DNA of 64,000 nt from the NCBI GenBank assembly GCA_946617655.1, contig CAMOKL010000004.1:7086-71085 (forward strand), in the 5' to 3' direction. Shown piece after piece: positions 31,930 to 41,963 of the stretch. Positions within the stretch are counted from its first letter, which is position 1. Each line of letters opens with the position of its first letter. A program made the translations under genes and the position numbers. The stretch comes from an uncultured Bacillales bacterium. Lineage in GTDB: Bacteria > Bacillota_I > Bacilli_A > Acholeplasmatales > Anaeroplasmataceae. The notes below the pieces were generated by a model that was not told the origin of the DNA, ran no database searches, and saw only the letters and a program-made list of their open reading frames with translations.

Positions 31930-31958
31930 AATATAGCAAAAAAAGGAAAAATTGTAAA
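31930..31958 (-). promoter_or_regulatory. Promoter of the ncRNA-PBECR4 unit
   Basis: Minus strand reads TTTACA, 17-bp spacer, TATATT. Confidence 0.7.
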
Positions 31959-32083
31959 GTAAATTTAAAACTAATTTATATTTTTTACATATTGTAAAGT
32001 ATATTGTATAGTTAAACTATAAACTTCCATTTGAGGTTATGCGTACTAAAATACACCTAAATAGTATTTCCTAATACATAAAA

Positions 32084-32111
32084 AAATGAGACAATGTACA
32101 TTGTCTCATTT
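32084..32111 (-). terminator. Terminator (perfect 28-bp palindrome)
   Basis: AAATGAGACAATGTACATTGTCTCATTT, followed by a T tract on the minus strand. Confidence 0.75.
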
Positions 32112-32115
32112 AATA

Positions 32116-33504
32116 TTATTCTTCATCTTCTAATGCAGGATGAGCAGTATCATCAGCTACATCAGTAGTTTCTTTATTTGCTTCTTCTACTGTAGGAGTC
32201 TTTGTAACTTCTTCAACAGGAGCATCAGCAACTTTTGTCTCTTCTACTTTAGCTTCTTCATAAGGAGCCTTTGCAGTTTCAACCTTTTCAACTTGTACTT
32301 CAGCTGGTTTAATTGTTGGCTTTTCTTCTACCTTAGCTTCTACTTGAGGAGTAGGACGCTTAATAACCTTTGCCTTAGGTACTTCATTAACCTTTGGTTC
32401 AGCCTTTGCAACTGGCTTCTTAACTTGTGCAGTTTCTCCACCAGTCTTTTGACGACGCTTTCTTTCTTCATATAAAGCACGAATTCTCTTAATATTTCTT
32501 AAGCATTCTGCTGCCTTAGCACCATCGCCAATAGCCATATAATATGTCTTTGCAGCTGCATAATTCTTTCTTCTTAATAGACGGTCTGCAGCTCTCTTTA
32601 ACTTTTCAGTTGCTCTTTGCTTAGAACCTTCAGAAGTATACTTTTCTGTTAATACCTTACAGTAAATATCATATCCTTCTTTTGTTCTTCTCTTCTTAGA
32701 ATCATATCCCCAGCAAGATTCATATAGATAACCTAAATTGAATAATGCATCTGGGTTCTTTAATTCAATTGCCTTCTTTAAATATTTTTCTGCAAATTCT
32801 AGGTTCTTAGTTTGAGTATATAAGTAACCTAAGTTATTGTAGATGATACCTCTTGATTCATCATCTGATACACCTCTTGATTCCTTTAAGTCAAGTGGTA
32901 AGCAGATTGAATAATAGTTAATTGCTTTATCATTATCTTGTAATGTTTGATAAGCATCAGCAATTCTTTCCTTAACTTCAAGATCATGAATCTTAAATAA
33001 TTTAATTAAATAGCATAATGCCCATACATAGCTTTCTTGTGAGAATAAGCTGAATGCAAGATTACGATATTTCTTTCTATTAAATCCATTAATCTTAATC
33101 TTATTAAATCCACCAACAATAATCTGACAGATATCGTTAGCTAAGTTTTCAATTGGGTAACCATCAACTAGCTGAATTTCATTTACAGGATATTTACAGC
33201 TTTCTTGTTCATTATCCTTTTCAGCATAACAGCATGTAACTTGAACATGTGCTTGATGAGCTTTTTTAATTTCTGGTAGATATTCAGTGAATCCAAACGC
33301 ATCACTAATATGTAAAATAATTAATCCACTAGAGTCCTTAACATCTCTTGCGATTTCAGCATCTGAAGCCTCACCTTTTTCATATGAGTGTACTTCTACC
33401 TTTTTATCTGTTAATATGTCCTCAAGATAGTTAGCTGTTTCTTCATCTTCTGATAAATAAACAACTGTTACATAATTATTCTTTTGCATAATACCGACCT
33501 CCAA
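32116..33504 (-). CDS. TIR-like N-terminal domain + TPR/SEL1 repeats + acidic Pro/Glu/Lys-rich tail
   Basis: TPR/SEL1 patterns (IIYNNLGYLY...AEKYLKKA, DALFNLGYLYE). The N-terminal ~125 aa has a TIR-like beta/alpha pattern (weaker call). Confidence 0.6.
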   Translation of the reverse strand: MEVGIMQKNNYVTVVYLSEDEETANYLEDILTDKKVEVHSYEKGEASDAEIARDVKDSSGLIILHISDAFGFTEYLPEIKKAHQAHVQVTCCYAEKDNEQESCKYPVNEIQLVDGYPIENLANDICQIIVGGFNKIKINGFNRKKYRNLAFSLFSQESYVWALCYLIKLFKIHDLEVKERIADAYQTLQDNDKAINYYSICLPLDLKESRGVSDDESRGIIYNNLGYLYTQTKNLEFAEKYLKKAIELKNPDALFNLGYLYESCWGYDSKKRRTKEGYDIYCKVLTEKYTSEGSKQRATEKLKRAADRLLRRKNYAAAKTYYMAIGDGAKAAECLRNIKRIRALYEERKRRQKTGGETAQVKKPVAKAEPKVNEVPKAKVIKRPTPQVEAKVEEKPTIKPAEVQVEKVETAKAPYEEAKVEETKVADAPVEEVTKTPTVEEANKETTDVADDTAHPALEDEE

Positions 33505-33751
33505 TTATACAATGTCACATAAAACGTATATTTTTTCTTTTTAATTATATCATAGATATTCAAAAATATGCAATCGTTTTCAAGTATTTTTAACGTTTTC
33601 AATAACAAAAAACGCTATTTTAATTAAAAAAAAGACATATAAAACTTAAAAAATAAGATTTTTTTATATCTCTAGTATCATTTTAACACTTTTATTTAAT
33701 AAATAAAAGATTTAAGTAATACAAAAAAGATAGACAAAAGCGCTGTCTATC

Positions 33752-34249
33752 TTAATTCTTTTCATAATATTTTTTACCAAATATCTTTTCATAATCTATA
33801 ATAGCTCTATTATCATAGACTAAAACTGGTATATTTTTACCTACAGTGTAATGATCATATAACATAGGATCTATTTGTTCTTCCATTATAAAATCCTTAC
33901 CCTGACATCTATATTGATATCTATAAATATAGCTCTTCTTTAAACCAGCTACTCTATCCTTATATAAAAGCTTTGCGACATCCTTAACACCAAATTTTCT
34001 TAATGTCTTAAAATAACTACCATTATAAATATCTTTAATACCTAAATAAAGTAAGAATATTCCAATACCTAAAAATAATCCAGCAAATATTATTACTAAC
34101 GCAAAATATGAAGGATTACCAAGTGTATATAATATCGCAAATAATATTGCTAAAACAATTATAGTAATTGATAATATTAATTCAATAATACCACTCTTTA
34201 AAGATCCAGATTTATATACTTTAATCTTTGGTTTTGCATCCATAATCAA
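33752..34249 (-). CDS. Two-TM membrane protein (DUF3592-like)
   Basis: Two TM helices followed by YIYRYQY...GKNIPVLVYD, a beta-rich domain. Confidence 0.55.
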   Translation of the reverse strand: MIMDAKPKIKVYKSGSLKSGIIELILSITIIVLAILFAILYTLGNPSYFALVIIFAGLFLGIGIFLLYLGIKDIYNGSYFKTLRKFGVKDVAKLLYKDRVAGLKKSYIYRYQYRCQGKDFIMEEQIDPMLYDHYTVGKNIPVLVYDNRAIIDYEKIFGKKYYEKN

Positions 34250-35036
34250 AAAACCTCTTTTTCGCTCTTTCCTTACTTATTTTACCATAAATTAATGCCA
34301 ACACAAGAGGAATAAGTTCTAATATTACAGATACAATAATAAGTATTAATATATATGCATATAACATTTCAAACCCATATCCATTTCTAACCTCACCTTG
34401 TATTAAATAGCCTAATGTTTCTCTCATACCTAATATAAATTCACATGATAATGCTATTTTAATACCTAAGCCTAAGGCATTTAATAAAGAGCCTTTAATA
34501 GAATTAAATACTAAAGGCATATATACCTTATATACTATAAATGGTGTAGTATTTGAATATATTTTATATGCATCAATATATATCTTATCAATAGATTTTA
34601 ACCCCTGATATATTGTTTCATATATCATAGGGAATAACATAGAAAATACTGATAAATATAATACATAATCCTTATGCTTCATCGCAAGTATAAACCATAT
34701 TATATTTATTAATATAATAATTGGAATAAAGCGTAATATCATCATCATAGGATGTAGTATCTTATGTATAATATTAAATCTATATGCTATTACTGCAAAT
34801 ATTAAAGCAATACTAAAAGATATAAATACTGATATCAATACATTCTTTATTGTATTTAATACACCTTTATATGTGTTTATATCACCTAACAAGTTAAAGA
34901 AGCTTTTAAATATATCATCAAATTGTGGAGTAAAATTAATATCATTTTTTATTAAAACTATAATCTCATATATTACCCCTAACAATATAATACCTAAGAT
35001 ATAGTATAATAAATTAATTAAATATTTTTTATACAT
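34221..35036 (-). CDS. ABC transporter permease (NitT/TauT/SsuC type)
   Basis: Multiple TM helices, RFIP motif, EAA-like loop (YIDAYKIY) and EFILG. Confidence 0.8.
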   Translation of the reverse strand: MYKKYLINLLYYILGIILLGVIYEIIVLIKNDINFTPQFDDIFKSFFNLLGDINTYKGVLNTIKNVLISVFISFSIALIFAVIAYRFNIIHKILHPMMMILRFIPIIILINIIWFILAMKHKDYVLYLSVFSMLFPMIYETIYQGLKSIDKIYIDAYKIYSNTTPFIVYKVYMPLVFNSIKGSLLNALGLGIKIALSCEFILGMRETLGYLIQGEVRNGYGFEMLYAYILILIIVSVILELIPLVLALIYGKISKERAKKRFFDYGCKTKD

Positions 35037-36007
35037 TAAATATTATAATAGAAATTATCATTAGGAGCTTTTGTAAAGAATGTTTTAGATATAATTCCTT
35101 CTTCTTCATATCTTAAAGATTCTTCTACCATAAATTCTAAGTCATCCTTAGAATCAGATGCACTTATAAATTCTACCTTTGAGTTAGGGATTGCAGTTTC
35201 AATAACTGCATCAGGTAGATTTAAACCTAAAGTTTTTGCATCTTTTTGCACCTTAGTTACGTTAGTTTTTGTTAATTCATCCTTTGTTGAAACATCAGTT
35301 AAGAATTGATTAACTAAAGACTTATGTTCTTGTATTGTCTTTGGATTTACAAATATTGCAGCTTGAATTAGAGTATGGCTAGATACTTCATTATATAAAT
35401 CCGCAATTGATTTAGAATATAATGTTTCATTTGATTGACTTAAACTATTTTTAGCAACTGATAATGTAGGTTCTGCAGTCATATAAATATTATTGCCTGA
35501 ATATGATACATTAGCATTTGCTGTATAATCTAATGACTTTGGAGTAATATCATTTTCATTTAATACATATAATGCACCAAATGATGTAATACTACCATTA
35601 CCAAATAAATATAAATCTCTTTCTTTTATATCATCAAGCACAAATTCTTCTTTTGATGCAAAATATGTATTACCTGCAGTAATAACACCTGCAAACTTAA
35701 AAGTAGACTTACCTGCATTATATAAATTGCATCCCATATTAATTGGGGCAATAACTATATCTGATGCTTCTTCATTAAAGAATCCAGATAATGCAGTTGC
35801 ATCAACACCAATATTTGATGTATCAATACTAGATTTGAAATCACATACTGCAGATGCAATACCTAAAATAGGTGCACCTGATGGACATGCAACCTTTAAT
35901 TCATAATCATCTTTTACATTGGTTTTATTAGTAGTCTCATTTGAATTACATGAAGCTAATGCTAAAATGCCAAAACCTATTCCTAAAATACTTACTAATC
36001 TTTTCAT
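35036..36007 (-). CDS. Lipoprotein ABC substrate-binding protein (NMT1/SsuA-like)
   Basis: Lipobox LASC, PSGAP motif and DIVIAPIN; translationally coupled to the permease. Confidence 0.75.
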   Translation of the reverse strand: MKRLVSILGIGFGILALASCNSNETTNKTNVKDDYELKVACPSGAPILGIASAVCDFKSSIDTSNIGVDATALSGFFNEEASDIVIAPINMGCNLYNAGKSTFKFAGVITAGNTYFASKEEFVLDDIKERDLYLFGNGSITSFGALYVLNENDITPKSLDYTANANVSYSGNNIYMTAEPTLSVAKNSLSQSNETLYSKSIADLYNEVSSHTLIQAAIFVNPKTIQEHKSLVNQFLTDVSTKDELTKTNVTKVQKDAKTLGLNLPDAVIETAIPNSKVEFISASDSKDDLEFMVEESLRYEEEGIISKTFFTKAPNDNFYYNI

Positions 36008-36128
36008 AATAAAAACACCTCTTATTAAATTATAACACTTTATTAAAAATAAATACGTAATAATTAATACACAAATAAAAATAATATATATTTTTTATTT
36101 ATGGTATAATATTTTTTGGTGATAAATT

Positions 36129-36908
36129 ATGATTATTTCTAAATCAAATGAGATATTTAAGGAATTTAAAGATTATATTAAAAATACTAATAAAGATTTT
36201 AGATATACTGTATCAGATGATTTAAGTGTATTAGAAATTGCATTAGATAATAATTTAGAAATTCCTCTACTTTTATATACAACTGAATTAATTAATAAAG
36301 ATGAAACTAAAGAATTACTTAATAAATTAATTGATCATGCAAAAGAAGCGTATGAGATTAGTGAAGCAACTTATAATATTATTAAACTTAAAGAAAATCA
36401 TGCAGGTATTATTGCAAAGATTAAATTAAATGATATATCTACTATAGATTTTTTTAAGAAGAATCAATTTGTTGTAGTATTAGATCATTTAGAGATTCCT
36501 GGTAATGTTGGTACTATTTTAAGAACACTTGAATCTATTAATGCAGCATGCATATTAGTTGATTCTATTACTAAGCTTAATAATCCAAAAATAACTGCAG
36601 CATCAAGAGGATGTAATTTAATTGTTGATACATTACAATTAAATTATAATGATGCGCAAAAGCTATTACTTGATAATGGTTATGATATTTTCTTAGGAGA
36701 GCCTAAGCTAGGACTCGATTATAAGAGCTATGATTATAATGGTAAGATTGCGATAGTTGTTGGAAATGAAAGATATGGAATTAATAACGATTGGTATTTA
36801 AATCAACATAAGAAAGTATATATACCAATGGAAGGAAGACAGAATTCTATTAATGTTTCTGTTGCAGCATGTATATTAGCTTATGAAGCTTATATGAGAA
36901 GAAGATAA
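36129..36908 (+). CDS. TrmH/SpoU-family RNA methyltransferase
   Basis: LDHLEIPGNVGTILRT, VVGNERYGI and IPMEGRQNSINVSVAA motifs. Confidence 0.92.
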   Translation: MIISKSNEIFKEFKDYIKNTNKDFRYTVSDDLSVLEIALDNNLEIPLLLYTTELINKDETKELLNKLIDHAKEAYEISEATYNIIKLKENHAGIIAKIKLNDISTIDFFKKNQFVVVLDHLEIPGNVGTILRTLESINAACILVDSITKLNNPKITAASRGCNLIVDTLQLNYNDAQKLLLDNGYDIFLGEPKLGLDYKSYDYNGKIAIVVGNERYGINNDWYLNQHKKVYIPMEGRQNSINVSVAACILAYEAYMRRR

Positions 36909-36941
36909 TTCTTCTCTTTTTTTATGCGTAAAAAAAGAGAT

Positions 36942-37706
36942 CTAGTCAGATCTCTTTACAATTTGTTTCAATGCTAAACCCATATCTAAGAATGCATCCT
37001 CTTTTAATGATGCTGACCCTACTAATGCACCATCAACGTCGGGTTGAGAAACATATTCTCTTATGTTCATTGCCGTAACAGAACCACCGTATAATACACG
37101 GATTTCTTCTGCAATCTTAGGTGTGAATATTTTAGCAAGTATACTTCTAATATAAGCACATGCCTCTTCTGCAATATAAGAATCCGCACTCTTTCCAGTA
37201 CCGATTGCCCAAATTGGTTCATAGGCTACTACTATATCACTTGGCTTTTCTAAAACAACTCCGTCAAAAGCTTTTGACACTTGACGTTCTAATACTTCAT
37301 TAGTTTTTCCTGCGTCTCTTTCTGATAAATATTCTCCGACGCATAATATTGGTTTTAAACCAAATTCTAATGCTTTCTTTATTTTAGCGTTTACCTTTTC
37401 ATCTGTTTCGCTAAATAAAGCTCTTCTTTCACTATGTCCTAAAATGACGTATTCTACTCCTGTATCTTTAAGCATTACAGGAGATATTTCTCCTGTGAAT
37501 GCACCAGATTCGCACTCATGCATATTTTGAGCTCCAATATGTAACGTAGTTGCTCTTTTAACCATGTCTCTTAGAATGATGGCTGGAGCACATACAACTG
37601 ATTCAATAGTCTTTGGTAATTGTTCCTGGACTGCTAACATGAATTGTATTGCTTCATCCCTTGTTTTATTCATTTTCCAGTTACCGGCTAACATTGGTTT
37701 TCTCAT
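36942..37706 (-). CDS. tpiA: Triosephosphate isomerase
   Basis: AGNWKMNK, GAFTGE, LGHSERR, AYEPIWAIGTG and YGGSV motifs. Confidence 0.98.
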   Translation of the reverse strand: MRKPMLAGNWKMNKTRDEAIQFMLAVQEQLPKTIESVVCAPAIILRDMVKRATTLHIGAQNMHECESGAFTGEISPVMLKDTGVEYVILGHSERRALFSETDEKVNAKIKKALEFGLKPILCVGEYLSERDAGKTNEVLERQVSKAFDGVVLEKPSDIVVAYEPIWAIGTGKSADSYIAEEACAYIRSILAKIFTPKIAEEIRVLYGGSVTAMNIREYVSQPDVDGALVGSASLKEDAFLDMGLALKQIVKRSD

Positions 37707-37772
37707 ATGCCCTACTACCTCTACTCTCTTTTAAATTTGAAGCAAATTAATACTAAACTCTCAATATATTAA

Positions 37773-38021
37773 TTATTTTTCAAGAATAGATGCAATATCT
37801 TCAATAGCGGCTTCAGCCTGATCACCGTTTGCCTCAATAACAACATTTTCACCTGATGGGATTGCTAATGACATTAAACCTAAGATTGATTTAACATCAA
37901 TAGTTTCATTCTTATAATGTAAGAATATATCAACAGAATAATTTGATGCTGCTTGTACTACCTTAGCTGCAAGTTGAGCATGTAGACCAACTGTGCTCTT
38001 TACAACGATTTCCTTTTTCAT
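37773..38021 (-). CDS. ptsH: HPr-family phosphocarrier protein (non-canonical active site)
   Basis: GLHAQLAA at the His15 site and DVKSILGLMSL at the Ser46 site. Confidence 0.88.
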   Translation of the reverse strand: MKKEIVVKSTVGLHAQLAAKVVQAASNYSVDIFLHYKNETIDVKSILGLMSLAIPSGENVVIEANGDQAEAAIEDIASILEK

Positions 38022-38059
38022 TTTAGATTTCTCCTCCATTTTATTATTATTTTTTAATA

Positions 38060-39280
38060 TTACTTATCTGAAAGACAAGCAATTCCTGGTAAAGTCTTTC
38101 CTTCAAGATATTCTAATGAAGCTCCACCACCAGTTGAAATATGAGATACCTTAGATGCATAACCTAATTGTTCAGCTGCTGCTGCAGAGTCACCACCACC
38201 AATAATAGTAGATGCTCCTTCCTTAGTTAAACCTGCAAGTAAATCACAAACACCAATTGTACCAGCTGCATAATTCTTCATTTCGAATACACCCATAGGT
38301 CCATTCCATACAACTGTCTTAGCGCCCTTTAATTCCTTAGCAAATAATTCTAATGTCTTAGGTCCGATATCTAAGCCCATATCATCTTGATTGAAGTTGT
38401 CTACTGACTTTGCAGTACCCTTAGTATCTTCAAACTTTGTATTAACTACTGCATCAACTGGTAATATAATCTTACCATTAGCCTTTGCAAGTAAGTTCTT
38501 TGCTAAATCAACAAATTCTTGATCTTCACAACGAGATGCACCAATGTTCTTACCTTCACTCTTTAAGAATGTGAACATCATTGCACCACCAACTAAAACC
38601 TTATCAGCCTTAGAAATTAATGCTTCAATTACACCGATCTTATCTGAAACCTTAGAACCACCTAAAATTGCAACATATGGTCTTTTTGGTTCATCAACAG
38701 CTCCACCAATGAACTTAATTTCCTTTTCTAGTAAGAAACCAGCTGCAGTTTGCTTTGAGTTTGCTGCAATACCAACATTAGATGCTGCTGCTCTATGTGC
38801 TGTACCGAACGCATCATTAACGAAGATTCCATCTCCTAAAGATGCCCAATACTTTCCTAATTCTGCATCATTTTTAGATTCCTTCTTTACTTCCTTACCA
38901 GAAGCTAAATCGAAATCTTCATAACGAGTGTTTTGGAACATTAAGATTTCGCCATCTTTTAAAGATGCTGCTGCATCTTCTAATTCCTTACCTCTTGTTT
39001 GATTAACAAACTTAACTGGCTTACCAATTAATTCAGCTAATCTTACTGATACTGGTTTAATATCATTTTTTGCAAAATCATCAGCACTCTTAATTCTTCC
39101 TAAATGTGAAAATACGATAGCCTTTCCACCATTATCAATTACATACTTAATTGTAGGTAATGCTGCTTTAATACGAGTTTCATCAGTAATCTTACCATCC
39201 TTCATAGGAACGTTGAAATCAACACGAATTAAAACCTTCTTACCTTTAACATTTAAATCATTTAAAGCTAACTTTGCCAT
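38060..39280 (-). CDS. pgk: Phosphoglycerate kinase
   Basis: [34 protein letters not shown] and STGGGASLE motifs. Confidence 0.98.
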   Translation of the reverse strand: MAKLALNDLNVKGKKVLIRVDFNVPMKDGKITDETRIKAALPTIKYVIDNGGKAIVFSHLGRIKSADDFAKNDIKPVSVRLAELIGKPVKFVNQTRGKELEDAAASLKDGEILMFQNTRYEDFDLASGKEVKKESKNDAELGKYWASLGDGIFVNDAFGTAHRAAASNVGIAANSKQTAAGFLLEKEIKFIGGAVDEPKRPYVAILGGSKVSDKIGVIEALISKADKVLVGGAMMFTFLKSEGKNIGASRCEDQEFVDLAKNLLAKANGKIILPVDAVVNTKFEDTKGTAKSVDNFNQDDMGLDIGPKTLELFAKELKGAKTVVWNGPMGVFEMKNYAAGTIGVCDLLAGLTKEGASTIIGGGDSAAAAEQLGYASKVSHISTGGGASLEYLEGKTLPGIACLSDK

Positions 39281-39490
39281 TTAAAATCCCTCCTGAATGA
39301 CCTTATTCATTTTATCATTATGATTATAGCACAAAACTTCAAAAATATACAAGCGTACAAATGGATTTATATGTATTTATGGCGATTTTAACGTTTACAT
39401 TTTTATGGAAATGTTTTCTTTTTAAACTAATAAATATTATTAGTATTGAAAAATCGAGTAGAGTAGAAAAAATATTTTTATCATATAAAA

Positions 39491-39529
39491 CAAATCAACT
39501 TGTTGCTTTTTCCATTATATAAAAAAGAG
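39491..39529. repeat. Copy 1 of a 39-bp imperfect direct repeat (copy 2 at 46145-46183)
   Basis: CAAATCAACTTGTTGCTTTTTCCATTATATAAAAAAGAG vs CAAATCAACTTATTGCTTTCATCTTTATATAAAAAAGAG (34/39 identical). Confidence 0.75.
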
Positions 39530-39674
39530 TACCAATACGAAATTATATCTTTGTGGCACTCTCAAGTTTATTTAATTATTTATTTGCTTAATAACAATCA
39601 CCTAAAGTGATGAAAGTTATATGAGCTATTTGATTACTTTTATTTTACTATCTACAAATTTAAAGTAAATATTA

Positions 39675-40567
39675 TTATTTGAATTTTTCAATAATATCAG
39701 TTAAAGAATCTTTTACAGTCTTATAATCTACTATTTCAAATAATAAGTTACATGTAATATCTTCATAATCAGATTTATAATAATCTTTTTCTACTATTTC
39801 CTTTAACACTTCAGCTAATGAAATATTGTCCATAGCTGATAAACATTTTTCATGAGTCTTTCTTTCGTTTTTAACATCATTAAAAAGTTCATAAAAATTA
39901 TTATCAAAAATAATATTATTCTTTATTTTATATAAATCATATAAATGTCTAGAATGTTCTGATTTTTCATTTACAAGATAATAATCGGCTATAGCAAATA
40001 ATTTATCAATAAATGTTCTTTCTAATGATTGAACTCTAATTTTAAAAGGGGCAAGGTTACATTCGGCAATAATTTTATCATAGCCTCTTAATTTCATATA
40101 TTCATAAATATATGATGAAACTTCTTTTTCTACGCATGGAAATGATCTAATAAAAACTGCTGTCTCAATTATTAAATTTGATTTTAAACTATCACTTTTA
40201 AATACCGAATTATAATCAATTATAAATCTATTAAAATCTCTTCTACTTCTTATATTATCAGAATTTAATAATTCAAAGTTTAATTCAGTAATTGAGTCTT
40301 TAATTGAATTACATAATTTTTTTCTTTCTGAATCAGTAGGGTGTTTCATAGTTTCAATATTTAAATCAATATCTTCAGAAAATCTTTCAATTAAATGGTA
40401 ACATTTAGAAAGTGATGTTCCACCTTTAAATATCATATTATCAATTCTTTTTGATAACTCTTTTAGCATTATTGTTACATAATAATCTTTTTCACATCTA
40501 TATTATAATAATTTGCTGTTTGAATAATTATTTCTTCAAATGATTTTCTATCATTATGCAATATCAT
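39675..40567 (-). pseudogene. AbiEii-family nucleotidyltransferase toxin, frameshifted near the N-terminus
   Basis: FKGGTSLSK, RFSEDIDL and SRHLYDL motifs. The natural start ATG at 40567 (MILHNDRK...) is out of frame with EKDYYVT from about 40496; a restart at ATG 40469 is possible. Confidence 0.75.
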
Positions 40568-41162
40568 AAATAATCTCACTTTCAACTAAATTTCTCATAA
40601 CCTTATCAGGGAAAAAAGGTGAATATTTTGTAATTTCTTTTCTATTGATGCCTTTTTCTTTGATATACTTAATAATTAATTCTTTTCTTTCAGCATTAAA
40701 ATAATCAATTGAAAAAGAATTCATTAATTCTAAAAAAGATAAAACATAAATATTATCATTTGTAATATTAACTCTACTTTTTCTTAATATCACTTTTAAA
40801 TTATTAATTGTAATTTCCCTTACTCTACTCTTTTCATTATTTGTATATATTTCTATAACATTAGGCATTTGTGTAGTTATACCAACCTTATTAGCAAAAG
40901 ATAAGCCAGAATAATATCCAGAATTATTAGATAAATATTTCTTTTCTATTATCTTTTGAGGATTTAATGAACTATTACCAAAAATAGTTTTTTCAGGGAT
41001 ATAATATATACCTCTTTCATATCTAATAATAAAATTAGAATTGACAAGTTTATTTAATTCTTTTTTTATCCACGGTAATGAATAATTATTAAATTTTATT
41101 TCTTCAAATGAAAATGGATTACTATACCCATATTTGTTTATTAACGCATCATAAAGAGTCAT
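40554..41162 (-). CDS. AbiEi/DUF6088-type antitoxin
   Basis: N-terminal wHTH (RYERGIYYIP) and GYYSG...N.GITTQMP motif; overlaps the abiEii start. Confidence 0.82.
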   Translation of the reverse strand: MTLYDALINKYGYSNPFSFEEIKFNNYSLPWIKKELNKLVNSNFIIRYERGIYYIPEKTIFGNSSLNPQKIIEKKYLSNNSGYYSGLSFANKVGITTQMPNVIEIYTNNEKSRVREITINNLKVILRKSRVNITNDNIYVLSFLELMNSFSIDYFNAERKELIIKYIKEKGINRKEITKYSPFFPDKVMRNLVESEIIYDIA

Positions 41163-41310
41163 ACTTATACCTCCTATCCAATAAAATTATACTTAGTTTT
41201 ACATATTATGTCAAACGAAAGATATAATATCATGTTTTATTAAAAAAAGACACCTTTACTTTTTTATGGTTAAAATGCCTGTTTTTTAAGTCATTTATTT
41301 GGTAGACTTG

Positions 41311-41355
41311 TCATTTTTGTGGCTTGCTGACCATCAGAGTGACCGTTTCTACGTG
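41311..41355 (-). other. Orphan rumA/rlmD-like 3'-end remnant (HVETVTLMVSK)
   Basis: The minus frame reads THVETVTLMVSKPQK*, resembling the HVETV C-terminal motif of RlmD/RumA. Confidence 0.45.
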
Positions 41356-41417
41356 TGTCTTTGAAAACCACAGAAAAGATATCCCATTAAAAAAGAATCA
41401 AGTAAAACACCTGATTC

Positions 41418-41716
41418 TTATAAAAGTGTATTTTGCTTTGAGTATTTAAATCTTAAAAATATTATCTTATTATCATAAATTTTAAAAACAAGAATATAAT
41501 TTTTAATTACTGCATGTCTAATAGAATCATCTTTAATTAAATAATGTTTACAATTTGGATAAAATAAAGGAAATGTACATATATTATTTATGCAAGCCTC
41601 TATGCTATTCATCAGGTCAATCGCAGCTTTTTATTGCATAATTTATTAGAAATATAGTTTAAAGTATCATCTATATCTTTTATTACTAAGTCAGTTAATT
41701 CATAACTATAAATCAT
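41418..41716 (-). pseudogene. RelE/ParE-family toxin with a 1-bp frameshift
   Basis: ATG at 41716 overlaps the antitoxin stop and gives MIYSYELTDLVIKDIDDTLNYI. Adding one base to the T5 run at 41628-32 restores a 99-aa protein ending RHAVIKNYILVFKI...LRFKYSKQN. Confidence 0.78.
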
Positions 41717-41963
41717 ATTTCTTCTTTAACTCTTCAATGGCAGAAGGTTCATTTTTAATTTTACCATCATTGACATTTTGAAGTCCTTCAATTATAGCTT
41801 CATACATTTCAATTTTTTCTAATTTTTCTTCATATGTTTTAATACTCATTATAACCATATCACCATAACCATTTTTAGTTATAAATATAGGTTCATTAGT
41901 CTCATTACATAAATCAGATATTTTATTAGTATCCCTTAAATCCTTAATAGGTAATATTCGCAT
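41706..41963 (-). CDS. Phd/YefM-family antitoxin
   Basis: ILPIKDLRDTNKISDLC...PIFITKNGYGDMVIMSI pattern. Confidence 0.88.
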   Translation of the reverse strand: MRILPIKDLRDTNKISDLCNETNEPIFITKNGYGDMVIMSIKTYEEKLEKIEMYEAIIEGLQNVNDGKIKNEPSAIEELKKKYDL

